Part shown: positions 9,972-25,280 of the stretch, one piece after another
Position numbering within the stretch: the first letter of the stretch is position 1
Layout of the letters: the number at the start of each line of letters is the position of its first letter
Source of the DNA: Bigelowiella natans CCMP2755
Lineage: Eukaryota; Protista; Cercozoa
Assembly: GCA_000320545.1 (NCBI GenBank)
Contig: ADNK01003331.1
Location: 22,577 to 86,576 of the forward strand
Length of the DNA stretch: 64,000 nt
Reading direction: 5' to 3'
The notes under the pieces: model-generated
What the model saw: only the letters and a program-made list of their open reading frames with translations
Database searches by the model: none
Told to the model about the DNA's origin: nothing
Position numbers and translations under genes: made by a program

Positions 9972-12816
9972 TCATGGCATTGAGGCTGTAACTTCGATCT
10001 CAATTTTCATTTCAGGGGCGACAAGCTGGGACACAACAGTGGTGTTTGCGGGTAAGGCGTTTTTCATCCATTTTCCGACTACAGGGGCAATTGCTTTGAA
10101 GGAATCTACGATGCAATGTATCAAATATGTATTAAAGTACGACGACAGCATAGAGTCTATTCCAACTCCCATCTTCCAACCTATCGTTCTCAATCTCCCC
10201 CCCCCACCCTTCTTTTCTCTGGACTTCTTCCTTTGATCCAATTAACTGTGCACGCGTGTCTCATGTGAAGTTTTATGCGCATATATGAGCTGCTATGAAT
10301 AGAGTGCAAGTGGTGCTAAGAAAAATCTTGATGATTCAAAATGTATGTTTAAGTCCAGTTGCTGATAACCGATGCTTGCCAGGTGGACACGAATACGAAA
10401 GACACGATCAATATGTGAACCAGCTTTGACCAAGGCTTCTGCTATGTTGAAGAAGCACTGTTCGGCCTATCGCGCAATCATCAATTGAAAGGTAAAATTG
10501 TTAGTCAATAGTGACAATGCGATAGTCGTGTGATTTGCCCTTCCAACATTATAACCTGTACAACGGCGCTGGGGTCTATGCTCATTCGGCTGTAATCATA
10601 ACCTGTTGTTCCAGACACGTGCACTTGCTTGCCTACGACCTACCACCAGTCAATCGAATCAACAGATAGTTTTTGTGTTTTTAGTTCGTCATCATAAACA
10701 AAATCACAACATCACTAAACCATCATAATCAATGTTATCATCCTCAATCTTTCCTGGTAGAAGAACCGAATGGTGATGACCTACCACTGCACGGCTATAG
10801 CTTGCAAGGGATTCAAACGTGGATCCTGATGATACTCGGGCAAAACCGTCGACTGTATGGCCTTTCTTCACCTTGTATCCCAAACCAGCTGCCCCTCCAT
10901 TTTTTTTTTTCCCCTCTTCCGATGAAGTAGCAGTTGCTATCGCCTCTCCAACAAAAAATACAGCTCTTCTATTATTCATAATCTTGCCCTTCCCCTCATT
11001 TTCCTTCTTTTCCGATATTTTCTCAAAAGCAATCCGCAGCTTTGCCACCTCTGGGTCCGAAAGACTTCCAGCCCAACGCATGGTGATGGGGTGCTTTAGA
11101 ATCTATTAACCGCAGAAATATAATGTTAAGTTTACAGAAATTGGCGTAGAAAATGGTGGACCTCTCTCTTTGACCGAAAGTTTGTTTTCTGAACTATCTT
11201 CTATTTGTAGACACCTTGTCGAATGTTGAGTTGAGCTCTTTAGCCGTATAGCTTTCCGGTAAATGAAGCTGTTCTTCCCACACAACACGTGAGACACAAA
11301 GACCAGCCTGCTCAAGGAGCGTTGCGCATCTAACGAAAATTGGAACAAAATAGGAAGACAGAAAGCATAATTAGTTGAAAGACAGGTCTACTAGACTATT
11401 AATAAGGTATATTTCGGATGACGTATTTTTAGACTATGAGGCTACTACAAAACACTTGCAACACGCACTCATATCTTTCGAAAAGGGTAATACTTCTGTG
11501 TGTCTCCTGTCACTTCATTTGGATACTTCTGGGAGAAGTTACAGACCTGTGAGGAAGAGGATATGAGGCAAAACGAACAAAGGCTTAGAAAAATGAAATA
11601 ATTAAAAAAATCGATCCACTCTTCCATTATTGACTGTCGTATCTCACAATATAAACTTCGCCACACAACAAGCTATTTCCAGTAATGCCATATGATTGAT
11701 TCAATCGCACTTTGATACCACCTCTGCAGCCAAATTAATACAGTACGATCTTATGTCAAATTCCTTTCCGAACCCTAATTGTCGCACGCAATGGCCTCAG
11801 AAGACGCGAGTTTGATACAGTACATGGATGCTGAATGCATGCCATAAGTAAGGATACCAAAACTATAGAAATCGCTATGTTCTATCAAATTATATCATTA
11901 GCTTCTGTGTATGATTCACAAGTTGAATCCGTCTCTACGTATTGGATAGACAACAAACCTGAAATGCAGAGTTTCCCTCCTGGGTTGAGGAAATCAGCCC
12001 ATTGACGAATAGCTTTAGCAGGGTCTATCAAGTATACCTGCCATAAAGTTAAATACAGAATATTCCTTATGGTGCTATGTTTGACTGTGAGTGTCATCGT
12101 CTTGGCATCACAGATCTGCTACAACGTTGTGCAAATTCCTTGCACGTGCATATTTCATTCTGCCACCAGCGCTGAAACGCAGAGTATTCGGTCAAACTTT
12201 GTCGGCATCCCTTTTTTCTCGAGAAAATCGGCAGTGAGAGACGAAACATCACAGACCTCAAACCTGAATGTACACAAGTTGCTTATCACGAGATGATTAC
12301 TGCTATAGAAGGTTTTGGTCTCGTGTTGCTCTCTTTGTCATGTCCCCTCAGGGACTAAGGATTATTCTATCGGATATTACTGTGCGGTGGTAATTCCTTC
12401 CTCACGGGTCGCTTTACGGACTGATTTGATCATTTTTGGAGAGAGGTCTAACCCGTACACTTTCTTGCATAGTTTCGCTGCCCTACGCGCAGCCATCCCC
12501 GTTCCACACATGAGATCGAGGACCGTATGTTCAGCTTCGATGCTTGAATTCGATATCTATGCACAAGAATGAAGCAATAACTTTTACCTTCAAATGAAAC
12601 GCATTTGTCTTATTTTGCTTCCAATTATTTTTCCTTCCAAGCGACAGCTGTAAAGAAGTCACTTTTTCCTCTCAGTTATTTACTAACCAGTATGTCCGCG
12701 TGGGCCTTATGGAACTCCGACCATCTATCAGTCGTGTCATACGCTTCCGCACGGTGATCGAATACTTTCTGAACGCGTGTGGTGTATTCCTTCTCATCAG
12801 TTTTGGTAGTGGCCAT
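9972..12816 (-). CDS. Class I SAM-dependent methyltransferase fused to C-terminal RidA/YjgF/YER057c/UK114 domain
   Basis: Exon 1 (12816-12688) MATTKTDEKEYTTRVQKVFDHRAEAYD; motif I VLDLMCGTG...VYGLDLSPKMI; FDRILCVSAL; DPAKAIRQWADFLNPGGKLCIS. Then RidA: RVSSGSTFESLASYSRAVV / VGKQVHVSGTTG / AEQCFFNIAEALVKAG...VFRIRVHL / PANTTVVSQLVAPEMKIEIEVTA, stop at 9972. Confidence 0.75.
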
Positions 12817-14931
12817 TGCGAATGAGGAGCGGTCAAGCTGTGACGTTCGAGGTGACGTGGACCTTGTGCACTGTGCACTACTTCAAGTACCTGTTAATAA
12901 AAGCTCTTTCTAACCGAAACCCGGTAATAAATGTGAGTGGAAGATAATTCAAGTCGTTTTCACCATGCGACATTTAATATGGAGCACTTTAGTTTAAAAA
13001 TAGTTGATACGATATTTCATCGATCAAAGGCAAATGCCGACCGATTTGTATCGACGACATGATTTAGGATGGCGACGACGACTAAAACGACCGTACGGAT
13101 AGAACAACCGACTGCAATGAAGCTGATAGGGTGACGTGCCTCTTCTTTCCATTGCATCACAGGAGGAGGACTGCGGTATCTTGAATCAGATTATACTGGA
13201 ACTGAAAGAAGTACAATGAATAAGTTTGATGATGATGATGATTATTGTGTGGTATTCCTTTTAGGCCAATCACATCATGCTTCTCCTCGCAGTCGTATTC
13301 ACGCAGACATGCTTGTTTATTTGGTGATTTCTAAATCAATCTGCGATCATCCGTTTGACGGATCTATTTACGAGCCTCACTTATTCGGTATCTCCCCCCC
13401 CCTCACCTCCTCCATGCTTCCCCTTTGGCGATAGCTCCATGCTATCACCAAAATTGGGGCTGTCTTTCTTCGGGTCAAACTTCGTGCTCTCGATCGTCGG
13501 TATTTGGATGTTAGAGTCTCGGAGACCGCGCCCTGCTATTCTAGTAAATGATGCACATTATGCACTATGTGTTCACCATGATATAACAAGCATAAGGGTT
13601 GGAAATAACAACTTCTTCAAATTAATCCTGAATACCTCAGTATCTCGCAGTCCTGCTTTTCACAATAATCAACGATGCGACGTCCTTGAGTTTCTTCGGT
13701 GTCTTACTATGTAATTTACCATAGCTTCGATTTCAAACTACATGCCCTTAACCAACTTTGAATTTTGCGTTAAACGTAATAATTTTTTATGTGTTAGATG
13801 ATGATGGGTTTGCTGGAATGGTCTCATTAGGGTATTGCTATATTTTGCCTATTTTGATTCGTTTTATGATCGCTGCATTACTTCTCTGCCCTCTGTTTTC
13901 TTTCACCCGCTTCTTCATCGAGAAAAGTTCATGTCTGTTATCCTTATTTGTGAAGGTATTATCATCATCATTATTGTTAATATTATTATCATTAAAATTG
14001 CTGTTTCTTATTTTTCATGCTCTAAAATCTTTTCGTCTGTAGAGATTCCAGCACGTATTAGCTGAAACCATTTGATATTGTCAAACAAACTGCGTATGAA
14101 AGTTAGCCTTTTTTCACAGCCTCTACTTTCGGTCATTCTCTACCAGGAAATATCGAAACGGGGGGGGACGCTAAGTAAGAAAATCAGAATGCCTGTGTCT
14201 GAGACTAGTAACATTTTTTTGCTAAATACTACTTCACACGTAGACATCAAGGGATTTCATAAAGCTATGCGAAGGTGACAATAATTTGTCAACAGCCCAA
14301 TGTTTCGATCCTCAATCAAGCAAATAGATTCTGGAAATGGAAGATAAGATATACAGAGATGTATACGATAAAAGAACGGCATGACTCAGATTGCGGAAGG
14401 TGTTACTCTGACTAATGTACAGCTGGCTATATGCACAAAACGGTGCCATTGTAGAAAAATGGCGCCTGCAAACCTATGCAAATGGCAACCACCCCAGCAG
14501 TTATAAAAGCGGAGAGCATATCAAGTATACAGCATGCGATTACTGTACATATATTGAAGACGCGACAGTGAATCGAAATGTGCGTGTATGCCGTCATGTC
14601 ATGTTGCATGCGTTTCATTGCAGATTCCTATGCACTTCACATGCCATGCACGTGGCTTAAATTTGAGTTACAAGCGTAAAATAGTCATCAACAAGTGACA
14701 CAGCTGACATAGCAATAGAGAGCCATGCTAGCATGATTTACAACATGAGCACACATGGAATTACTAGATTGCTAGATTGGTTTGGCGTGTAAACATCGCA
14801 ATGCATCTAGTCATGTTCGTTTATCGACATGTAATATAATGGAGCCTTCCAGTCTTGAACATCGCATGCTACATCAAATAATAAAATTAATGTAGACATG
14901 GTGCTTTAGTATCTGTACTTTATGAACGAAG

Positions 14932-15219
14932 CTAACCCCAACAGAAGTCCTTCCAAAACCGAACGATGCGTTTTTGAGCTGGAATGGGATAATTTTTCTC
15001 TCCGATTGGATCGCAATGCCATATTTCTAGGGGTATAACCTAATCATTGGAACATAGCGAGAGAGATCATTAACGAAGACATAAGCAAGATCTTCGGTCC
15101 TAATGGAATGGCATCGTGCAGTGAATGATTCTAGAAGCTGATATCGTTTCAGGAGTTTTGCTATGTCTTCTAACGTGAAAGAACAACTCAGAAGTATATC
15201 ATTGGCACGAGCAAACGTA

Positions 15220-15272
<53 letters not shown>

Positions 15273-15592
15273 TCAAGATTAGGTTGTTTGAGTGGGCGGG
15301 AAGAACCTTGCTCGTTATCATGCCTCGTTGTCGTTCTAGAGGCTTTCCTAGCGGATGATGCACATATCTGCGTTGATGCCATTACACCAAACAAAAGATT
15401 GAATGAGAATCAAGTATTCCTCATTACTCTAAACAAAAGATTGGATGAGTATCAAATATTCCTTTAACTCCTCCCCAACTACGTTTTCTCTCCTCTTTGT
15501 GTGTCGTCGCCAGCATGGACCTTATTCCATCCAAGACTATATCTTTGGGTCTATGAGAATGGCCGAATACGTGAACATGCCTAATCGTTGTC

Positions 15593-15623
<31 letters not shown>

Positions 15624-15969
15624 CTTCTTCTCTAATATTCTTTGTTGTTTTTTCTGGTCGACTGGAGCTTCCAGTTATAGAGTTGCTAAATCCTATGCCT
15701 CTCTTGGACTCACTACTCTCCCTATTCCCCGCCTTTTTCCCATCTGACAAGGCACTCTTTAATCGCCGTATTTGGTCATCGAGACTCGTGCTTCCTGCGA
15801 CTTTAGCAAAGCTGTATTTTAAAGATAGGAAAGTGAGAGAGGTGTCATCGCATACCCATCAACGAGTGTTTTTTTCCTTGTTTGTATTATACAGAGGATC
15901 TAGCAGTAGTAGCAATTGTGTAGCAGTAGATGCAGCAGTAGATACAGCAGCAGCAGCAGCGCTACTCTG

Positions 15970-16000
<31 letters not shown>

Positions 16001-19000
16001 AACCGATATGCACTTTTTTCCCAAGCTTTTCCTACCCAAAACGGCTGAAAGCAGTATTAAGCACAGCAGCAAAGCAGGAACATTTAAATGAATAAACGAT
16101 TCAATAAATATTTCATGGAGCAAACTCGCACAACCTTTAAAAGACCAAAAGGGGCCGATATATGTTGCTATGCTGTCTAACGTTAAACGTTCTTTCTACA
16201 CGCATATCGTTACTACATCGAATCGATCTGTGTCAGGGTCAAGCCAATCTGGAAGCATTTCCCTTCGGGGAAGAAAATGACTGAAAGTGATGACACCCTC
16301 TCCGTCACCTTGCTCCAGCCTTTGTATCTATATAAAGAGCAGTAGTAGGTGAAGGAAGAGAGCAGGGAAAAGTGTAGAGGCCTCAACGATATTCGTGATT
16401 GTGTATACGGATACTCAACCTTTGCTTCAAATACAACTAAGCTCTCCTTCTGTTCCCCCTTATCCTCTTTCTCACCACATGCTCAATGGTTTCCTCGTTG
16501 CGTTTATGCATTTCTCCAGATACTCCTAGGGGATACCTGCGCAACGAAAAAGAAGAAGAAGATAAAAGAAAAAGAAGACGAAGAAACAGAGGGGTTACAG
16601 GACGAGAAATGTGATTAGGAATAGCATTTCGGGGGAGGAAGAAATCCTTTCAAATGAATAGAAGGTAGACCGAGCTGCAAGAACAGCGAAGAAACGAGGA
16701 TATAATGCAACCAAATGTTTGGTAATGGCATGGAAGACAGCAATGGAGGCGAAAATGATACATATTCTTGGTAGTTAAGAAGATTACGGATAGACTGCGA
16801 GGATGGAGGAGAAAAATAAGGATTGAAGCAGAAGGATGGAAGAAAGGATGGAAGAAGAAGAAGAAGAAGGGAAAAAAAAGAAGATAGAGGGTGGCATTAT
16901 TACGAGCCACATCGTGTTGAGTATGGAATCTCCAGCTCATCAGGCCAGCTACATCTTGCAAAATCTCCCCAAGGCCAGTATCTACCACAATATATGTACA
17001 GAAAATATGAATAAAAATATATTGCCTACTATTATCTTGAGAAGAAGCGTTCTCACAGCGTTAAAAACACATATACTTTTCGTCCACAGACAGGCTAAAT
17101 AGCTGTTCCGTAGGACAAAACATACCACCGGGGCTATGTAACTCGACTTCGATTTTTCAAGATAATAATGCACGAATGAACGACATGGCGCTTCTTCTTC
17201 TAAATGTCCTAATTGATTCACTGTATTTAGCTTCGATTCCATGGATGAAGGATTTCTTCCCGCCAACCCTCCCTTTGTTTTGCTATAAGATTGTTCGTTG
17301 CATGCTCGATTATGTGGACTTGTTTCATTGCTGGTGTTCCAAAGGCAAATTATTACGTGAGGTCTCCTGCATTTGGGGAAGTAGCGGCACTGCTACTAAC
17401 AAATGAAGGCATCATCGATGACTCGATCCGTGATGATGATGATAGATCTTCTTCCTTTTGATTCGGCACACCAAGTATTGCTTCTGGTGCTACCTCCGCC
17501 ACATTCTGCCCGCCTCCTTTTTTCTCGGATAAGGATTGTAAATCTTTTGACGTTAATCTTTCTTCTGGTGGCAAATCAAGTGCTAAGCTTAAGTCGTACC
17601 TAATGAATACAAAAGTAGTTTGTATGATGTATCAGCTTGCTCACACTTTAGATAGGCACAGAACAGAAATCGGAAAGCATGATCTTCTACCGCTCCAATT
17701 CGAGGAAGAGTCAAAGAAGACAAGCAATGAATAGCCACGTTCTTTACAAGAATTGTAGAACTAAATTTCTCGATATCATTTTTCTATATAAATAGCCTGA
17801 AATTCTACTTAAATTGTGACACATACCAGCTCAGGAGAGGCACTACCCAAACTCCCTAATATCCACAAATTCATTGGTAGTATTAGCGACTAATTTCACA
17901 CGGTGGAAGAAGGATTTTCCATATTAGTCCTCCTATAGAAGCACCACCTCGATCTGCTTTGCGGTTGTATGTACCCCGAGTTTACGGCAAAGAACTTCCA
18001 CTTGTTTCAGCTTTTGAAATGAATCTTGGTGATTGTGATTTGGACCCGACGATGATAATGAAGATGAGGATGATATTGATGACGTCGGTTGCACTACATA
18101 TTGAGTAGCGTAACAGCAAGGATGATAATTCTGTTTTTGATTTTTGTTTAGGAAAATTAGATGTTGATTACATCGCACCTGTAGTATTGTCCATTTTCTC
18201 TGAGGTCAAGGTCTCAATCCACAATTCATGATTCCCTACATGTTCATTCGTACAAATCCAATCCGTTTGCATAACATTTACATGCCCAAAACCAACCAGA
18301 CAATGGTAATAACATGTGCTATCAGCGATTCTGATAATGCTCTACCTGGTACGAAGAACACGTGAGCAAATCTTCCAACAAGAGTGGACAAAGTTTCTTC
18401 TAGAATCTCCATTCGATGCCTAATAATTATGTGGGTTTCGAGGAAGGAGACAAGATTGAAGAGCGAGTTTATCTTTACGGCAAGGTTCACGTATTACGAT
18501 ATGTCTCCTGCAATAAGAAGGACGTCGTTTGGGTTTTTCGGATAGATTCGGTTGCGCACCCATTCCAGATTCTGCAATCAATCAACAGAGAGTTATGACT
18601 TAGGAGAGTGGGTATTTGCACCTGAAGCAACTTTAGGGAGGTAATAATCAAATTAGAAAGCGAGCCAGACCTCTACTTTATCAGAGTGTAGATCAGATAT
18701 GCAGCAGATGTTGAATTTCTGGGTGTTGGTCGATGCAGATTCATGGGCCGAAGATGGGGTGGATGCATAAGCAGCGGAAGAAACACAGTGATATCTTGGA
18801 AGTATGTATTCTCCCTTTCCGTTGATATGGTATCCTTTACACATGTAGAAGAGGAAGGCAGATGTACAACAAAATAACCAATTAATGAAACACAACTTCG
18901 GCGCGCTAAACACATAGGCCACCAACGCGTTGTGCCACCCCCCCAAAGACCTACCTCCAAATTGAGATGGTATTGAATTTCTCCTTATTATCAGAGAAGG

Positions 19001-19120
19001 AGTGATACTGCGAAGACGAACAGGCCTTTGCCGCTCTCCAGAGAATCGCACGGTTGCCATGACCAGGAGAATGACCGAGAAAAGGAGGAGGAAAGATGAT
19101 GATGATGATGGTGATGCCTA
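14932..19120 (-). CDS. Calcineurin-like metallophosphoesterase with hydrophobic N-terminal leader (start approximate)
   Basis: Motifs in order across exons: ISDLHSD, LLIAGDIS, VFFVPG/NHELW, WVVPLLSWY, WGDFARCSWP, VITFSHFLP, FAKVAGS, HVFGHSH, YVHHPLGKP. Probable stop TAG at 14932. Confidence 0.85.
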
Positions 19121-19619
19121 TGGAAATAAAACCTCTGTCAGGAGTTATACAATTGATAATATGAAGACTGCTAGATAGAAATCCTACTCTGCCAACGAAT
19201 AACAGAACGTGCCAAGCATATTTACGTCTGGCATAATTACATTGTAACGCATGGCAGCACTGCAGCTTTCTCCCTTCGCCGTGTGGATCATCAAGCCCTC
19301 TTCCAACCTAGCGGTTTGCACGGAGATGAGTTTCGTATAGAGAAAATCAGCATATTTCAGTGTACAGCACGTACTTGACAGCGCGACCCCCCCACACAAC
19401 TTCAACAGCTATGAAGCCATGGAACCCGATCGAGGAGAGTCGAACGTCGAGTAGCCCGAAGTAGTAGGGTTTCAGCGTCGCCGACAATGATTCAGATGTT
19501 CTTAGGATGATATTTGCTCTTTTTGTAACTGTCAAACAACAATTGCAACAATACGACAGCGATGACAGAAGATGGAGTCCTTGAATCAACAATTGTGAAT
19601 CAACAGCTTCATCAATGCT

Positions 19620-20600
19620 GTGACAATGCATTCATTCTCAACGAACGAACGAACCAACTAACTAGCTGACGTCATCAACATGGCCCTCGCCTGCAATCAA
19701 GCATGCGGGCAGGGGCCTGCCCAATGAATGACACTAGGACACCTGGAGTCATTGCTTCCGATCGATGCAGGGATCATCACGTTCGACATCAGTGTTGTTG
19801 AAGTGATGCTTCATGACGAGTCGAAACGCAGCACATTCTAGCATTTCTAGAAGTACGAGTTGCTGACATCACCAGATTGCTCTCTACTGGTGCACGCTAG
19901 CCTAGCTGGCACTGAGATCGGTCCACACCGCGCGAGCAAACGCACGCCGTGGGTGGTGCAGCGTGGTTGTGAGCCGATGCTAGCGATGAAACAATGAAAC
20001 AATGATGATGCAGTGTTTATACAGTGCTAGATCGACGATTGGTCTGGTGGTCGCAAATGGTCGAATGCATTCCATGATCGATGCACGCTAGCCAGCATGC
20101 ACGCAGCACAAATCGGCGTGTCCGTTAGAACGTGCTAGCTAGCTAGCTCAGGATGCATCTAGAAATCTGCTTGTGCTAGATCAACGTGTGCGCGTCATTG
20201 GCTCATTTGCAGGCATGTGTGCATGGCTACATGGTTGACAAGATCGAGAGAGGGCATTCTAGCATTGTGGATGCAATGACATCATGTGTGATGTTGCACG
20301 TCCATCACGCGCTAACAACAACGTGCATGCAAGCTAGCTAGCATGTAGATCATGAAACACAGAACTAGCAACCATGCATACAACATACAACGATCTAGTT
20401 GACAATGAAGGACACAAGATGCTCATGTCAGAAATTGTCATCTTCACAAGCATTATTTCTCGTTGCTCAATGAGATTTGTATCGTTACGGGGGGGGGTGA
20501 CGTATAAACACCCTTCTGCACGTGCATTACTGCTACCTTGAGTGCTCTCATCATACACATTCCCCAGTCTCATGCATGGCTAAGTGCATGTGCTAAACGC
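19620..20600. other. TpA-depleted, CTAG-rich tract 3
   Basis: Most remaining TA is in CTAG (ttctagcatttctaga, gctagcctagc, gctagctagctagct). Contains a reverse partial match to the 5950-6673 repeat (gaaacaatgaaacaatgatga ~19988-20008). Confidence 0.75.
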
Positions 20601-20660
20601 ATTTGAGATTGCCATTAACATTTTCAGAAATAGTACCTAGAAATTATCGCAGCAGAAGCA

Positions 20661-20698
<38 letters not shown>

Positions 20699-21036
20699 TG
20701 CGTATTCACGCATTTAACTCATATTTATGTACGTGTTTGTGTACTACTCTCAATTAATATAACCAGCTATTTCAACGATTTACCTGGCCTTCAAGATACT
20801 TTTCCTTTTCAGTTTGTTTCTGAATCAACCTATTAAGATAATTCGAACAGCATTGATGTCAGCACTGACACTACGGTGGGAGATTGGTTGTGTAAGAGCG
20901 ATATGATGATGAAATTGCTACTTTTGGAGAGTGTCGCTTTTCGTTCTCGGGGTCTGAAATTTCAATAGGCACCACGCAAAACGAAGAACAGTTCAAAGCA
21001 ATATAGAGGATTTGTACGGGAATCAGCATACACACA

Positions 21037-21070
<34 letters not shown>

Positions 21071-21083
21071 ATATCAATATGCA

Positions 21084-21134
<51 letters not shown>

Positions 21135-22892
21135 AATATCATACATATCAGTAGCAATGAAAAGAATAAAATAATAACAAATTATAACAATAATAATAAT
21201 ACTAACAACAATCTTGGTGAAACGATACTACTCATCGATAGCAATACCCAGGAAAGAACGCATACGTGAAAAATGACTGACCTCCATCTCGAGGGTTACT
21301 GCGAATGTACCAGGAACATCCCACATCTTTGCCACTAAATCACCTTGAGAATAATAATAATAGCAGCAGTGACAATAATCGGTAGGTGAATTCGCCACCC
21401 ACATTGATGAGATCATCTTCATCACAACAGAAGAAATTAGAGAGTTACTTCGCCAATGTTGTGTTAACGTAGTTGGTACCCTGATTTTGTAGTTTTTTGA
21501 TATCATCATCGGCTCCTTTTGCTTGGTATTTCTCAGGCCAATGAAAACCAAAGGTACATCTGTCGTTGAGGAGGGAGGGGGTGAGACCGCTATCACATCC
21601 TAAATGACAACATACTACTTGCCTTCCGTGATTTCCTTCGCAATATTTCTAGTGCACATCCCTCGTCCCCCTCCCCCCTCGCTCCCCTCGCGTTTTGAGT
21701 CACCTGTAAGAGCAAATGCAGTACTCGAAAAGCTTCTCCAGGCCTAAATATGTAGTGTGGAATCGTATCGTTCTTCTTTCTTCATCAGAAGATATTTTGA
21801 ATTTCTAAAGAACACACACGATGTTGTAACCGATTTGTTCCAGAAACAAAGCACAACAAGGTATTCTTAGCACATGATGGTATGACTACATTGTATCATT
21901 ACTAATTGCGTACGTGCATTGAAATTTGCAAGATGGTATGTGGAGACGTTTATCGTAAAACATATAAATTAACCTTTTAATATATTGATAGATAGTAACA
22001 CGATTTCTATTCTAAATAGTGCGAACGAATCACGCCGAGTATATCTGCTTTTCCTCTTCTTCATCATCTTCTTCTTACCACCACTACCAAGTCTAATTAC
22101 TACTACTACTGCTACTACTACAACGACGATGATGACGATGACACTATGACGAAGACTGTGCTAGTACCCAACATCCAGCCAAGCAGTGAGCTCATAAACG
22201 TGTGCTGCATTTCCACAGGTCGGACCTTCACTCAAACAAAATAAATAAATGATTAACGATAACAATGGGACATACTACTCACGATAATAAATAGCGATAA
22301 GATCGTTTCTGTTTGAATGATTAGATGACACACCTCAAGTCGAACAAAGCATATTCCGTCCACTGATTTTCTGGAAGTGGAAAAATAACACATCTCTTAA
22401 CGTTTATTACGTACTAATCACAAAGACAGTAGATAGAAGGTCTTCATCATACAATTTGAAATTATATATTAGGAACAATGTGATAACAGTAATAAAAATT
22501 GTGGATTTGAGCAGTCTCGTGTATGTCAACAACACCGCTACCACAATACGAACACTGTATATACCTTAAGGCTACTTTACGATACAAAAGAAACTCCATT
22601 GTGGGGAGAGAAAAGGTCACACCAAGTACCAGGACTTGTACCTTCAAAGTCATCAAAGGAACCAAAAAAATAGTAAGGAGAGGAAGATGAAAATTGTTGT
22701 CGCTTTGTCTTCGATATCAAGAGCAAAGGCAGCAGCAGCAGGAGGAGGGGGAGTGGGAGAAGTAGGAGAGGATGAAGGAAGGCTGGGAGGAAAATAGAAT
22801 AATTGTCAAAACCTTCTCCAACGCAACACGTACTGCATCCTTGCAATATATATCTCCCACCAAGAAATTTCCTTCTGCTCATGAGAACATGT

Positions 22893-22928
<36 letters not shown>

Positions 22929-23697
22929 AAGAGGTGGTTGGTGGTGGTGGTGATGATGATGACGATGATGATGGTGACAGCATATTCATTGAGCATTATT
23001 ATCTTGACAACCATCTCTTCGTTTGCCTCTAGAAAGAAGTAAATGTACCCTTCTATTACTACTACTACTATTACTACTACTACTACTGTTCTGTGCCATC
23101 ATTTCTTGCATCTTGCACTCACGTCATTGTCGCTACTACTGCTGTGAGTACTACCTCTTCTGGTACTATTTACTACTGCGACTAAACCAATAATAATGCT
23201 ACTACTACTACTACTATTGCAAGCTACTGCGCCCTGCTGCTCTATCAAAAAAATCGAATAAATGCTAATGCATAGTATATATTCTAACGAAGGAGTAGTA
23301 GTAGTAGTAGAAGAAGAAGAAGAAGTAGTAGAAGTATTAGTAATACCCTTGTCCACACAAGCAATACGCTCAACAATGTCCTCGTCATCATTTTCCTTGA
23401 TGTTCTTCTTTATCCGGTGCCATAAGAAGTTTGAATCGTCGTCGGTCTGATTACAAGCACACACACACATACACACACACACATTAACGTATAATACGTG
23501 CAGTAGCGAAAACACGTATGGTTTAATCGGAAGGTAGTGTATGATCTTCCCCAGAATCTTATAAATGATAAATACCACTACTTGACAATAATAATGCCTT
23601 ATCAGTTCAGTGGTGGTGGCGATCTCTCAGTTGTTGAAAAATAGCAGCATTTCATGAGGCTACGCCGGTGTTGGAAGAACGAATACAGATGATGACA

Positions 23698-23731
<34 letters not shown>

Positions 23732-24182
23732 CTTCGTCTTATTCCTATGAGGAAATGACGTTGATCGGTGGTTTCATGGCTATTTTTAAGCTCAAGAATA
23801 TGTGTTTGTTGTTTGTTGTTGAGTACCACATACTGCACAACCAAGGTCTTTTCTTTGCCGTCATACGAGGCATAAGCAATGTGCTAAAGGCAGAATATAA
23901 TTATAGAATAGGGTAGTAGTAAGACGGAGAAAGAAAGAGGACAAAGAAATCATTATCAACGGATCACAATTACTACTACTACTACTAATAGTAGTAGTAG
24001 TACTCAATGGCGCTGCTGCAAGACGTATGTGACAACATTCTTCTTCTTCTCCTTCTTCTTCTTCTTCTTCTTCTTCTTCTTCTTCTTCTTCTCCTACATT
24101 TAGCTTGTGCCTATCCGTGAGAACCAAATTACAAGAATGCAAACGATCCAGTGTTTTGGACAACCCCTTGTTTGTTAGGAGA

Positions 24183-24231
<49 letters not shown>

Positions 24232-24427
24232 CCAAACGAAGGGGCGAAGGGGGGGGGGAGGGAAAAAAATTACAAATATATTCAATATCAGTATGCAGTG
24301 TAGTGGCATTTGTCATCATCGATATCTCAATTCAAAACGAAGAAAAGTAAAAAAAAGAGTAAACGACGCTAAGAAGCAAAGCTTGTGGACTTCGAGATAG
24401 AGAACACAAAGACGACACACGCAAAAC

Positions 24428-24464
<37 letters not shown>

Positions 24465-25197
24465 GTGATTAATAATCATAATGATACTGGGTATTTCTCC
24501 TGAACAGCTTCCCAGTCAAAGCTGACTTTCACGGTGCAAATGTGATATCTGAGCAGCATCATTCCAACGAAAATAGTAATAACAACAGATCAAACTACGC
24601 AACCCTTATCACAACTATTAATGATGCTGCCGCTGAATTTGGTGATGACGTGCGTGAGGACGTTGGTTAGTTAGTGAGCAGTTAGTTCCTCAAATTACCT
24701 TTTCCCATTGATTTTCTTTGGTTGAAACTTCTTGGTCATCGTAGCTTTCAAACTATCCATGCTAGAGAAGAAGAGAGGATATATCAATCACAGACGAACA
24801 ACGAGAGAGGAGGCCAATACCGACTACTTATTATGTGTAGGGAAGAAGTGAAAGATGATAATGATGACACCACCATTCCGTGCAAATGCAAAGCAGGGTT
24901 GCTTAGGTGATAGTAGTAGTAGGTTACATTGCTTCAAGAGATTTGCTTTCTACTTTCCCGTCCTTGGCCATTGAATTTGCGCCGAACAATGAATTAAGCC
25001 CGAAGAATATAGACTTCAAACTGATATATTAATATTTATGTATATAACCAGGAAAAGGTAACACGGGTAGGGTAGTAGGTGTATTATTCAGATTCCAGTA
25101 AGGACGAAGGAGAAGAGAAAGGGGGGGGGGAAGGAGGCAGATGATATTCCAGGAAATGTATAGTACAGTAGTAGGTGTGCGTACGTACCAGAGAGAA

Positions 25198-25240
<43 letters not shown>

Positions 25241-25242
25241 TG

Positions 25243-25280
<38 letters not shown>

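Noticed and set aside
13100-14300. Possible gene between MTase-RidA and the phosphoesterase
   Set aside because: Exon-like minus-strand pieces contain stops and no domain is recognisable; not supportable as a feature.
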